The notes under the pieces were generated by a model, which searched no databases, had not been told where the DNA came from, and saw only the letters and a program-made list of their open reading frames with translations. This document shows positions 1 to 8,920 of a stretch of 32,000 bases of DNA, piece by piece (positions within the stretch are counted from its first letter, which is position 1; the number at the start of each line of letters is the position of its first letter). Made by a program: the position numbers and the translations under genes. The stretch is from an archaeon (GTDB taxonomy: Archaea; Iainarchaeota; Iainarchaeia; Iainarchaeales; CSSED10-239), in NCBI GenBank assembly GCA_035390665.1, contig DAOOUC010000003.1, forward strand, positions 60,001-92,000. Direction: 5' to 3'.

Positions 1-330
1 AATATATATTCCTAAATTTTTCATTTGTGTTAAATCTTCTATTCCTAAACTTAATTCATATCTTCCTACAACAGAATAATCTAATTTATTTTCAAAATCA
101 TATCTATAAATAAAAGATTGCCCACTAACTATCTCTAAATTTGATTTGTCTCTGATTTGTATAGACTCTGGATTAATCTTAAAATCCGGATTTAATTTCA
201 TAGTAACAGGAGAATTAATACCAATTTCATATTCTTGTGATTTTATGGTTAAATAATCGTCTGAATCTTCTGCAAAAACAAATCCGAATAATAATATTAT
301 TGAGAAAATAATTGTAATTTTTTTTATCAT
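1..330 (-). CDS. Putative secreted/membrane-anchored protein, C-terminal part beyond the window (partial)
   Basis: Manual translation of the minus strand from ATG at 330-328: MIKKITIIFSIILLFGFVFAEDSDDYLTIKSQEYEIGINSPVTMKLNPDFKINPESIQIRD..., open to window position 1; hydrophobic signal-like N-terminus. Absent from the ORF track. Confidence 0.8.
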   Translation of the reverse strand, partial: MIKKITIIFSIILLFGFVFAEDSDDYLTIKSQEYEIGINSPVTMKLNPDFKINPESIQIRDKSNLEIVSGQSFIYRYDFENKLDYSVVGRYELSLGIEDLTQMKNLGIYI

Positions 331-414
331 ATTTATCACTTTTTACCTATTAATAATGTATACATATATATTACATATAGATATTTAAAACTAACTTTTA
401 AGAAAAGCAAACAT

Positions 415-1047
415 TTAGCATTTATTCTTAAGAATTAAGAAAAATTTCTGTTTCTTAGGATTATCTTTATTATAGATGTATTCTTTAACAAAAAATCCAA
501 TTCTTTCAAAACTAGAGTTTAATATTTCTGTTGTGTTCTTTTCTGGAGGGTAATATTGAATTATTATTATTCCATTTTCTTTCAAAATAGATTTAATTGA
601 TTTTCCTATTTTTTTAATAAGATTTTTTATTTCTATTTCTTGCTTATTTGTAAGAATCCATTGTAGTGCTGAAATAGAAATAATTAAATCAAATTTTTTA
701 TTTATTATTTCTTTTGGAAGATTTTCGAAATCTCCAAGATAACATTCAAATTTTTTGTATTTACAAATCTTTAACATTTCTTTTGCTGGATCTATTCCAA
801 TTAAGTTAATATAATGCCCTTGATTTTTTAAAAACTCTAAAGAAAAACCTGTTCCACAACCAATATCAAGTATAGAAATCTCTTTCGTTTTATTTTTAGT
901 TTCTTCAAAATATAGTTGTAGAATAATATTTGTTAATTCTGTTTGTGTTTTTTTCATTCCAGAATTATTCTCGTATCTTTTTGTTTCTTCAAAAGTATAG
1001 AAATCATTAGGATTTTCATAATTTTGTTCTGGTTTTAATTCAGACAT
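415..1047 (-). CDS. Class I SAM-dependent methyltransferase
   Basis: Motif I 'ILDIGCGTGFSLEFL' and 'FDLIISISALQWILT', resembling BioC/Methyltransf_11 family proteins. Confidence 0.85.
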   Translation of the reverse strand: MSELKPEQNYENPNDFYTFEETKRYENNSGMKKTQTELTNIILQLYFEETKNKTKEISILDIGCGTGFSLEFLKNQGHYINLIGIDPAKEMLKICKYKKFECYLGDFENLPKEIINKKFDLIISISALQWILTNKQEIEIKNLIKKIGKSIKSILKENGIIIIQYYPPEKNTTEILNSSFERIGFFVKEYIYNKDNPKKQKFFLILKNKC

Positions 1048-1058
1048 ATTTATCCTAT

Positions 1059-2135
1059 TTAAGCAGATGCTAAAGGAATTGCAAGTTCTATTTTTGCTTT
1101 ATCTAATTCTTTTTTTATTTCTTTGTTAATGGAGTCTTTTATTTCCATTTGATCCCAATAGTCTATATTTTTGTTTATCCAGTAAATATAGGTTATATCT
1201 AAAGAAAATGTAGAAAATTTATCAAAAAATATATGATATTCTTCTAAAAGTTCATTTTTCTTTCTTTTACTATTAATAGCATCAAGTATTATTTTTTCAG
1301 CTTTAGATACTTGCTCAGATGTAGATTTAGATGATAAAGATAATGTTGCAACCACTCTTCTTGCAGGCATTGATTCCATATTTTCTAAACTTCTTCCTGA
1401 TAGAAAACTATTAGGAACCACGTGAATGGTGCCATCAAATGATTTAATTTTTGTTGTTCTTATTCCTATTTCTATTACTGTACCAGATATAAGCCCGTCA
1501 TTTGCTTTTACCCATTCTCCAACCTTAAATGGTCTTTCTGTGTAAATTATTAAACCACTAAAAAAGTTTTCAAGTAGTTCTTTAGATGCAAATGCAAGAG
1601 CAATACCTCCAATTCCAAGACCTGCAATTAAACCACTAATATTAAATCCAAGATTTGAGATAATTAATAATGCCGCAATAATAAAAATAAATATTTTAAT
1701 TAACATCTTTATTAAAGGCCTTAAATATTCATACCTTTTTATTTCTTCATTCTCTTCTGAATATTTCCCTAAATATTTCTCTATAATTACAATTAAGATC
1801 TTAATTATAAACCACGCTGCAAGTAACACATACAAACTAAATGCTAATTTATCAATTATTATTGCTAATGTCGTGGATGTTCTAAAAACTCTCGCAGCTC
1901 CTTTTAATACACCTACAAATATAATGAATAATATTGGTTCTGGCTTTCTTAAAATTTTAAATAATATCTCATATTTTGTACTTTTTTCTTCTAATTTTTT
2001 AAAAATAAAATTAAAAAATGAAGAAATAAGTTTTATGAATATAAATCCCAGAACTATGTATATCGAAAACAAAAGATAAGACGCGATAGTATTTCCTAAA
2101 AACATATGATCTAAAATTGCAAAACCAGTTATCAT
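1059..2135 (-). CDS. Small-conductance mechanosensitive channel (MscS family)
   Basis: Several TM segments followed by 'GIGGIALAFASKELLENFFSGLIIYTERPFKVGEWVKANDGLISGTVIEIGIRTTKIKSFDGTIHVVPNSFL', a diagnostic MscS pore/beta-domain pattern. Confidence 0.95.
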   Translation of the reverse strand: MITGFAILDHMFLGNTIASYLLFSIYIVLGFIFIKLISSFFNFIFKKLEEKSTKYEILFKILRKPEPILFIIFVGVLKGAARVFRTSTTLAIIIDKLAFSLYVLLAAWFIIKILIVIIEKYLGKYSEENEEIKRYEYLRPLIKMLIKIFIFIIAALLIISNLGFNISGLIAGLGIGGIALAFASKELLENFFSGLIIYTERPFKVGEWVKANDGLISGTVIEIGIRTTKIKSFDGTIHVVPNSFLSGRSLENMESMPARRVVATLSLSSKSTSEQVSKAEKIILDAINSKRKKNELLEEYHIFFDKFSTFSLDITYIYWINKNIDYWDQMEIKDSINKEIKKELDKAKIELAIPLASA

Positions 2136-2208
2136 ATCTTATTCCTCAAATTATATTTATTAAGTATAATATTTTAAATCTATTTAAAATTAGAAAAACA
2201 TTAAAGAC

Positions 2209-2281
2209 CGCCCCAGGTAGGATTTGAACCTACGACCTATCGATTAACAGTCGATTGCTCCAACCACTGAGCTACTGAGGC
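2209..2281 (-). tRNA. tRNA-Asn(GUU)
   Basis: Minus strand GCCTCAG...CTGTTAA...GGTTCAAATCC...CTGGGGC-G; 7-bp acceptor stem (with a U-G pair), anticodon loop CTGTTAA giving GTT. Confidence 0.95.
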
Positions 2282-2382
2282 TTAAATTTACTTATCTATA
2301 GAAAATTTATGAAATTGGCTCTATAATATATTTCTGCACAAAAATGTTTATAAATGATTTGCTTTAAAAGAAAAAAAGTAAT

Positions 2383-2411
2383 AAGCCTATGCTACTAATA
2401 TAGGCTTTTTT
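2383..2411. terminator. Possible hairpin terminator
   Basis: AAGCCTAT (2383-2390), 9-nt loop, ATAGGCTT (2400-2407), followed by a T run on the + strand; on the minus strand a T-rich tract follows at about 2371-2378. Overlaps the stop codon of the 2387-2947 gene. Confidence 0.35.
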
Positions 2412-2947
2412 GGTTTTTGTGGGGTTGTTGTTTCTTCTATAATTTTTTGTTTAACTAATGTAACTTCTTTAACCCCTTCTGGTGTAATTATTGCACCCAC
2501 AGGCATATCTGCAATAACTTTAAAAGTAATCTTTACTTCACCATCAGCTACACCTTTTATTAAAACACCACTAACGGCATGTATTTCGTCTCTTGCTATA
2601 GAAATATGGAAATCTCCCATATATTCATTGTCTCTTATTTTTGTAAAATCTCCAGAAACGCTTTTTATTATACAACTTTCATCATATTCTCTTTGTTTAA
2701 GTGTTCCTGTTCTTGTTGTTGCAACTTTTACATTTCTTAATTTTCCAGAAGCATCAACTAAACTTGCTTTTTTTATATTATTTTGCAAGAATGCTTTCTC
2801 AACACAATCAACTACTTCGTCTCCATCATCTAAGATAACATCTAACATAGTATTGTTTGTTTCTGCAGTATCTGCAACTCTACTTTTTATCATAATTTTA
2901 TCACATTTTTTATTTAGAACTATTGATATAAATATATATACCAACAA
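2387..2947 (-). CDS. PCC/PPC-domain (DUF296-like) protein, putative DNA-binding; the true start may be the internal ATG near 2893
   Basis: 'MLDVILDDGDEVVDCVEKAFLQNNIKKASLVDASGKLRNVKVA...FHISIARDEIHAVSGVLIKGVADGEVKITFKVI' matches the overall PCC-domain pattern (ligand-like GxxV...G.L...H.H/G..L..G). Confidence 0.6.
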   Translation of the reverse strand: MLVYIFISIVLNKKCDKIMIKSRVADTAETNNTMLDVILDDGDEVVDCVEKAFLQNNIKKASLVDASGKLRNVKVATTRTGTLKQREYDESCIIKSVSGDFTKIRDNEYMGDFHISIARDEIHAVSGVLIKGVADGEVKITFKVIADMPVGAIITPEGVKEVTLVKQKIIEETTTPQKPKKPILVA

Positions 2948-3871
2948 TTAATTTATAAAGCTAATTATATTCTTTTTTTCTGTTATTCTTGTAATAATTT
3001 CTTTATATATCGGGGCATATGGTACGACTTTAATTTTGTTGGATATCTTGCTTTTAGGAGATGAAAAGATATATATTTCTTTTATTATTGAATCATTTAA
3101 TCTTTCCACCGCTCCTTCGCTTAATAATCCATGAGTGGCTATGACATATATATTCTTTGCTCCTTTTAATGCCAAGAAATTTGAAAATCTAACAATTAAT
3201 TCTCCGCTTGCTATTCTATTCCCAACTAATAAAATATCCTTCTCGTTAACAGATTTATTTATTTCAAATCCATTATCATTATTTTCATCAATTTTTGTGG
3301 TGTATACAAAATCACAACCAATTACTTTTGATATATCAACGGCTCTATCTCGCAATTCATAATCTAATGTTGTAACTACTAAATTTTTATTAGATTTAAA
3401 TTTTTGTTCCAAAATATATGAAAATACTTTCTTTATATTAATATTATATACTGGAATTTTAAATGCATTAATCAATTGAGGAGAATAAATATCAAAAGTA
3501 TAAATTGATGTTACTCCTGCTATTTGAAATTGTCTAACAATTAAATTAAAATTAATTTTATTTACCTGATCATCTAAAATTCTAGTATAGGGCAAATACG
3601 GTAAAATCAAATGTACTCCTCGTGCTCCATTTTTTATTAAAGTGTCAGATATCAAATAAATTTCCATAAGTGAATCATTTACTGGCGTAGTAATATTATA
3701 TATCAAGAAAGCATCTTTATTCTGTACATGGCTTTTTATATCCACTAATGTTTCAGAATCATTTATTTTTTTAACATCCATGTGCCCTAATAAAATGTTG
3801 GTTTCAGAAGAAATGGTATTTGCCAAAGATAAGTCTTTATTTGGCGCAAATATTATATATTCTTCATTCAT
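2948..3871 (-). CDS. Ribose-phosphate pyrophosphokinase-like protein (divergent, probably lacks standard PRPP-binding residues)
   Basis: Prs-like fold landmarks: 'ILPYLPYTR', 'VRQFQIAGVTSIYTFDIYSPQLINAF', 'KDILLVGNRIASGELIVRFSNFLALKGAKNIYVIATHGLLSEGAVERLNDSIIKEIYI'. Confidence 0.75.
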   Translation of the reverse strand: MNEEYIIFAPNKDLSLANTISSETNILLGHMDVKKINDSETLVDIKSHVQNKDAFLIYNITTPVNDSLMEIYLISDTLIKNGARGVHLILPYLPYTRILDDQVNKINFNLIVRQFQIAGVTSIYTFDIYSPQLINAFKIPVYNINIKKVFSYILEQKFKSNKNLVVTTLDYELRDRAVDISKVIGCDFVYTTKIDENNDNGFEINKSVNEKDILLVGNRIASGELIVRFSNFLALKGAKNIYVIATHGLLSEGAVERLNDSIIKEIYIFSSPKSKISNKIKVVPYAPIYKEIITRITEKKNIISFIN

Positions 3872-3976
3872 AACTAATGTAGATATTAATATTTTAAAAA
3901 ATAATGTTTTTTTCTCAAATTCACAAAAAAAATACCCCTTTGTTTTTATATTCTTGTTTTTTCTTAAAATATTATA

Positions 3977-5707
3977 ATGTATTTAAAACTTAAAGAAAAT
4001 AGTATAGACAAAGATTTATTTTATAACTGTTATAAAAATTTTGATAAAAAAGAGTTAGTTGTATTTAATTGTAAAAACTGTAATGATGCCCCTTGTATTT
4101 TAGCTTGCCCGCAAAAAGCTATATCTAAACAAAAAAATGGAATTGTTTTTATTGATTCAAAAAAATGTATTGGCTGTAAAAGTTGTGTGTTTGCTTGTCC
4201 AGAAAATGCAATTATTTTTAAGAATAATAAAGCTACAAAATGTGATTTATGTTTAAATAATTCATTTATCATGCCATGTTATTATGCTAATAGAGATGTA
4301 TTAGAATTCTGTGAAAATTTAGATTCTGAAACACACACAATAATCTTAGAAAAATATTTAGGATATATAATTACAAAGGAAAAAATAATCCAAACCCTAT
4401 CGTTAGATGGAAAGGTTATAAAAACAGATAATAAAACAATGTATTTACTTAAATATCAACAGTTATCCAATGATGAAATAAAAGTTATTAATGAAATACT
4501 TGATTCTTATAAATTCAAAACCGAAGAATATAATCAAAATATTAAATTAAATCTAGAAACAGAACTAATAGAATATTGTTATAAAAACAATATAGAATTA
4601 GATAAAGACCAATTCTCTTATTTAATTGATCTTGCCATAAATAATTTATTTGAATTCGGGCCATTAACACATTTACTTAATGATTTTAATCTGGAAGAAA
4701 TTGCAATAATTGGGATAAATCTCCCTGTATTTGTATATCATAGAATTTATGGCTGGCTAGAAACTAATTTAAAATATATTTCTGAACAAAAATTAAAGGA
4801 TATAATAAATAAATTAGGTTGGAATACAAACAAATATATTACATTGAAGAATCCAATAATGGATGCAACTTTAAAAGATCACACTCGACTTAATGCTATA
4901 ATTTCTCCAATAACAGAAAGTGTTTGTTTAACCATTAGAAAATTTTCAGAAAGACCAATATCTATTTTTGATTTATTAAAATATAAAACTATCTCATCTA
5001 AAGCTCTTGCTTTTCTTAAATTAGCATTTTTAACTGACGCTAATATTTTTGTTGTTGGTAATACTGGTTCTGGTAAAACTACTACTTTAAATGCATTATT
5101 GGATTTTATACCAAAAGAGGAGCGCCTTATTCTTGTTGAAGAAGTTCAGGAAATTAATGTTACACATCCACACAAGGTGTCAATTTTAGTAAATAAAGAA
5201 TTGGGAATTACTATGGAAAATCTAATAATAAATACACTTAGAATGAGACCAGATAAGGTCGTGATTGGAGAAGTAAGATCTAGAGAAGAATCAAATGCAT
5301 TAATTGATTCTTTACTTTGTGGTCAAGCTAAAGGGACATATACAACTTTTCATGCACAATCTGCAAAAGATGCAACCTTGAGGTTTCTTTCTTATGGGAT
5401 TTTAGAAAATGATATTACTGCAATAGATCTAATCATAACTCAAAGAAGATATAACGAATATATTAATGACAGCAATTTTAAGGATAAAAGAAAAATATTT
5501 GAAATCTCTGAAATATTTTATGAGAATAATAAACTAAAAATCAATAAAATATTTGAATATTGCCCAGATAAAAAAGAATTATTATTTAAAAACTACCCAA
5601 ATAAACTAATGCAAAAATTTCAACTTGCTTTTGGGATAAAAACCAAAAAACAATTATTGGAATTAATAGATATAGAAGAAAAGAGAATTCTATCTAAAAA
5701 AATTTGA
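3977..5707 (+). CDS. Ferredoxin-like (multi 4Fe-4S) domain fused to a type II/IV secretion-system ATPase (TadA/VirB11/FlaI family)
   Basis: N-terminus 'CKNCNDAPCILACP', 'CIGCKSCVFACP', 'CDLCLNNSFIMPC'; C-terminal part with Walker A 'GNTGSGKTTT', Asp box 'RLILVEEVQEI', Walker B 'MRPDKVVIGEVRSREE' and His box 'GTYTTFHAQSA', all in one uninterrupted ORF. Confidence 0.93.
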   Translation: MYLKLKENSIDKDLFYNCYKNFDKKELVVFNCKNCNDAPCILACPQKAISKQKNGIVFIDSKKCIGCKSCVFACPENAIIFKNNKATKCDLCLNNSFIMPCYYANRDVLEFCENLDSETHTIILEKYLGYIITKEKIIQTLSLDGKVIKTDNKTMYLLKYQQLSNDEIKVINEILDSYKFKTEEYNQNIKLNLETELIEYCYKNNIELDKDQFSYLIDLAINNLFEFGPLTHLLNDFNLEEIAIIGINLPVFVYHRIYGWLETNLKYISEQKLKDIINKLGWNTNKYITLKNPIMDATLKDHTRLNAIISPITESVCLTIRKFSERPISIFDLLKYKTISSKALAFLKLAFLTDANIFVVGNTGSGKTTTLNALLDFIPKEERLILVEEVQEINVTHPHKVSILVNKELGITMENLIINTLRMRPDKVVIGEVRSREESNALIDSLLCGQAKGTYTTFHAQSAKDATLRFLSYGILENDITAIDLIITQRRYNEYINDSNFKDKRKIFEISEIFYENNKLKINKIFEYCPDKKELLFKNYPNKLMQKFQLAFGIKTKKQLLELIDIEEKRILSKKI

Positions 5708-5713
5708 ATAATT

Positions 5714-6427
5714 ATGTTGTCTAATAACATTAAAATGCTTTTGATTTTAGGGTTAGTAATAACTATATTATTTTTATTATTAAATTTCATATATCCTTTA
5801 GATTTAATATTCTTAATTTATATTGAATTCATTTTTGTTGTTATTTATTATTCGGTTTGGTTTTTTATAAAACGGATAAAAGAACAAGATGAGAAAACAA
5901 GATTGTTAAGAGAACTTCCTTTTTTTCTTAATAGTCTTGCTAGTGATCTAGATAAAAATATACCTTTAAAATTATCTTTAGAAAATCAAGCTAAAAGAAA
6001 TACTTTGATTGGAACAAAAGTCAGTTTAGCACTGTTTCTTGTTTCAAATAAAGGATATACTTTACAATCAGCATTAGAAAATATATCTAAAAATAATATT
6101 GAATTAGAGCGAGTAATTTATCAAATAATAGACATTTTACATAGTGGGACTAAAAATAAATCAGAAGTTTTTAGAATATTAGCTAATAATTTTCTAGAGC
6201 AACAAAGCACGGCCACGAAAAATTATTCCACCAAATTAAGTTTCTTATCTTTAGTCTTTGTTGTTGTGTCCGCAATTGTCCCCGCTTTATTTTTAATGTT
6301 TTTCTTAGTTGGCAGTAATTTTTTTGAGATTGAAATTTCGGTGGTTGGCATTATTTTAATAACAATAATTTTATTTCCAATCATTGATATGTTCATATTA
6401 TTATTTATGAGAGCAAATCTTGTTTAG
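5714..6427 (+). CDS. TadC/GspF-like type II secretion-system membrane protein
   Basis: Starts 6 nt after the ATPase stop. Hydrophobic N-terminal segments, a soluble helical domain 'LPFFLNSLASDLDKNIPLKLSLENQ...GYTLQSALENISKNN', then C-terminal TM pair, a T2SSF-like layout. Confidence 0.7.
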   Translation: MLSNNIKMLLILGLVITILFLLLNFIYPLDLIFLIYIEFIFVVIYYSVWFFIKRIKEQDEKTRLLRELPFFLNSLASDLDKNIPLKLSLENQAKRNTLIGTKVSLALFLVSNKGYTLQSALENISKNNIELERVIYQIIDILHSGTKNKSEVFRILANNFLEQQSTATKNYSTKLSFLSLVFVVVSAIVPALFLMFFLVGSNFFEIEISVVGIILITIILFPIIDMFILLFMRANLV

Positions 6428-6439
6428 GGGCAATAAACA

Positions 6440-7258
6440 ATGAAAAAATATTTAATTATTATTTTTAATATTTTATCTATCTTTGTTTTTATTATCTATA
6501 AAATTAATATTTTCCTTTCTTTAATTTTTTTAATTGTTGGTAATATTATAATTATTTTATTAAATAAATTATATTGTAAATATATTATAGATCTTGAGCG
6601 AAAAAAAATAGAATATGCACTTTTAGATGAAATTTTAGTATTATCAAGTCAACCAAGAATTAATGACCTTAATCAATTACTTACAAAATTGTCTCATTCC
6701 AATAACAAACTAATATCTAAAGAATTTAGAATAATTCTTCATAAAATTGAAGAAGGACATAGTGTTAAAGATGTACTTTTTGTATTTTCAAAAAAATATA
6801 ACTCTGAAATATTAGATCGCTTTCTTGATTTATTATATGGATCTATTACCACTGGTACTACATCTGTTGTTGATTATCGTTCTTTTGCCAATAATTTTTT
6901 AAAGTCTAAGCAATTAATTGACGAAAGAAATTCAGTTCTTTTAATTCAAAAATATACTATTATTTTTGCAGGGTGTTTTATTGTACCAGGAATATTAGGA
7001 ATTGTAATTTCTTTAGTTAACAAATTAATTGGAAACTTAGATTTTTCATTAATTGATGCCTCAACCAAATTAGCAAGTAATACAATGTTATTTTCTACTT
7101 GTTATTATTGTTCTATTATTTATATTATAGAATATGTATTCATTTCTTCAATTTATTTAAGCATGTTAGAATCAGATATTAAAAAAACTATAATTTATAT
7201 TATTTTCTTAATGCCAATTTCTATAATTATATTTTTTTTAAGTTCTATTCTTATTTAA
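6440..7258 (+). CDS. Second TadC/GspF-like membrane protein
   Basis: Same operon. N-terminal TM pair, helical domain 'LIS KEFRIILHKIEEGHSVKDVLFVFSKKYNSEILDRFLDLLYGSITTG', C-terminal TM segments; TadC-like layout. Confidence 0.65.
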   Translation: MKKYLIIIFNILSIFVFIIYKINIFLSLIFLIVGNIIIILLNKLYCKYIIDLERKKIEYALLDEILVLSSQPRINDLNQLLTKLSHSNNKLISKEFRIILHKIEEGHSVKDVLFVFSKKYNSEILDRFLDLLYGSITTGTTSVVDYRSFANNFLKSKQLIDERNSVLLIQKYTIIFAGCFIVPGILGIVISLVNKLIGNLDFSLIDASTKLASNTMLFSTCYYCSIIYIIEYVFISSIYLSMLESDIKKTIIYIIFLMPISIIIFFLSSILI

Positions 7259-7297
7259 AAGCATTTTGTTATATAATTTTTTAAATAGGAACTTGAA

Positions 7298-7897
7298 ATG
7301 ATTGAGAATATATTTGCATATTTTTTAAATAATTTAAATTATTTTACAATTGCTTTATTAATGACAATAGAAAGTTCATTTATTCCTTTTCCTTCAGAAG
7401 TTGTTATGATTCCTGCAGGGTTTTTAGCTTATCAAGGTAAATTAAATATATTTCTAGCAATTTTTTCAGGGATTATTGGTTCTTTACTTGGCGCACTTAT
7501 TAATTACTATATTGGATTGAAATTAGGGCGTAAATTAATTACCAAAAATAAGAAATTTCTTTTTATTAATATTAAACATCTTGACTGGTCTGAAAAATAT
7601 TTCAAGAAACACGGGGGTAAAACTACTTTTTTTTGTAGATTGATTCCTGCTGTAAGGCAATATATTTCAATACCTGCGGGTTTTGCAAAGATGGATATTA
7701 AACAATTTATTATTTTTACATCTCTAGGCGCAGGAATTTGGGTTATTTTCTTAACTTTTTTAGGATATTTTCTTGGATTGTCTGTTGCTCAAAATGTTGC
7801 ACATATTTTTAATTATATAATGTATGGTCTATTAGGGATAATTGTTTTAGTGTTTGGTATTATAATAGCCTATAAGTTCATAATTAGAAAACATTAA
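7298..7897 (+). CDS. DedA family (SNARE-associated/VTT domain) membrane protein
   Basis: 'ESSFIPFPSEVVMIPAGFLA', 'GALINYYIGLKLGR', 'FFCRLIPAVRQYISIPAGFAKMDIKQFIIFTSLGAGIW' are diagnostic DedA motifs. Confidence 0.95.
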   Translation: MIENIFAYFLNNLNYFTIALLMTIESSFIPFPSEVVMIPAGFLAYQGKLNIFLAIFSGIIGSLLGALINYYIGLKLGRKLITKNKKFLFINIKHLDWSEKYFKKHGGKTTFFCRLIPAVRQYISIPAGFAKMDIKQFIIFTSLGAGIWVIFLTFLGYFLGLSVAQNVAHIFNYIMYGLLGIIVLVFGIIIAYKFIIRKH

Positions 7898-7947
7898 GAT
7901 ATATAAACATTTTGTAGATTAATTATAATATAGTTTAATCGATTTTT

Positions 7948-8019
7948 GCCCTAGTAGTCTATCGGTTAGGATGCAACCCTGTCGAGGTTGCGGGACGGGT
8001 CCGACTCCCGTCTAGGGCG
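7948..8019 (+). tRNA. tRNA-Asp(GUC)
   Basis: GCCCTAG...CAACC-CTGTCGA-GGTTG...CTAGGGC-G; complete cloverleaf with anticodon GTC. Confidence 0.95.
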
Positions 8020-8037
8020 TTTTATTCTATTTTTAAT

Positions 8038-8856
8038 TTATAACAAACTAATTGTTAATAAGTCCCTTAGTCCTGTTAAGAAACCTAAGATTATTATCAA
8101 TAGTTTAATATAAACCCTTTCTTCTGATTCTTTAATTAATCTGTCAACAACAATTATAAATACTAAAATAAAAAATATTTTTATAATAGGGTATAGAATT
8201 GGAAAAAAACTAATAACTACTCGCGAAATCGGATGTTGCTCATAAAGTAAATTACTAAAAAAGAACATCCCAGACAAAGTTGCTGAAAAATCAGTTATTT
8301 GGCTTAAAAATAATAATTTATTTTCTAATTGATTAAATATCTTTATGTTTAATCTATTAAAAATCCACGAAAAGATAAAAAATATTATAATTATTGTAAA
8401 AATCGTAATCGTTAAAACGAAAATATTTTTAATATGTATAATCTCATAAATAAACAAGGGTAAACACAAAAAAATCCCAAAAAAAATTAACCAATTATAA
8501 TATTTTGACTTATTTTTTGATAAATAAATAGACAACATAAAGAAAAAAATAAATAAAAAAGCAACAAGTAATAACCATCCTGGTGTGTGGAAATAGAAAC
8601 CTAAATCTAAAGGGGAATTAGATGGAGTTATTAACCACACACCTGTGTATTCTTGTTCAAGTATTCTTAAAAGAGAACCTAAACAAACAAATGGAATAAC
8701 TGAATAAACAAAATGCTTATTTATTACAATAAATGGAAATTTCCATTTAATTATTTTATAAAACCAAAAATATCCTATACAAACCACTAGTGTATAAATT
8801 GTTGAATTAATTAAATTATATCCATTTAAAAAAACACTATTTAAAATATGCTCCAT
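8038..8856 (-). CDS. DUF63-family archaeal membrane protein
   Basis: Multi-TM protein with 'PFVCLGSLLRILEQEYTG...LDLGFYFHTPGWLLLV', similar to the DUF63 pattern. Confidence 0.7.
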   Translation of the reverse strand: MEHILNSVFLNGYNLINSTIYTLVVCIGYFWFYKIIKWKFPFIVINKHFVYSVIPFVCLGSLLRILEQEYTGVWLITPSNSPLDLGFYFHTPGWLLLVAFLFIFFFMLSIYLSKNKSKYYNWLIFFGIFLCLPLFIYEIIHIKNIFVLTITIFTIIIIFFIFSWIFNRLNIKIFNQLENKLLFLSQITDFSATLSGMFFFSNLLYEQHPISRVVISFFPILYPIIKIFFILVFIIVVDRLIKESEERVYIKLLIIILGFLTGLRDLLTISLL

Positions 8857-8920
8857 TTAAATTAATTTATATTTTTAATTATATATAAAATTAGAGTATA
8901 ATATTTTTTGTGAAATTGTT

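Noticed and set aside
1873-2079. + strand ORF opposite the MscS gene, and similar antisense ORFs (2628-2951, 3135-3362, 9241-9435, 11140-11364, 11770-11964, 13273-13539, 14494-14733, 18489-18677, 22744-22932, 25299-26090, 30277-30468)
   Set aside because: All are short, lie antisense to well-supported coding genes, and have low-complexity or non-protein-like composition; shadow ORFs.
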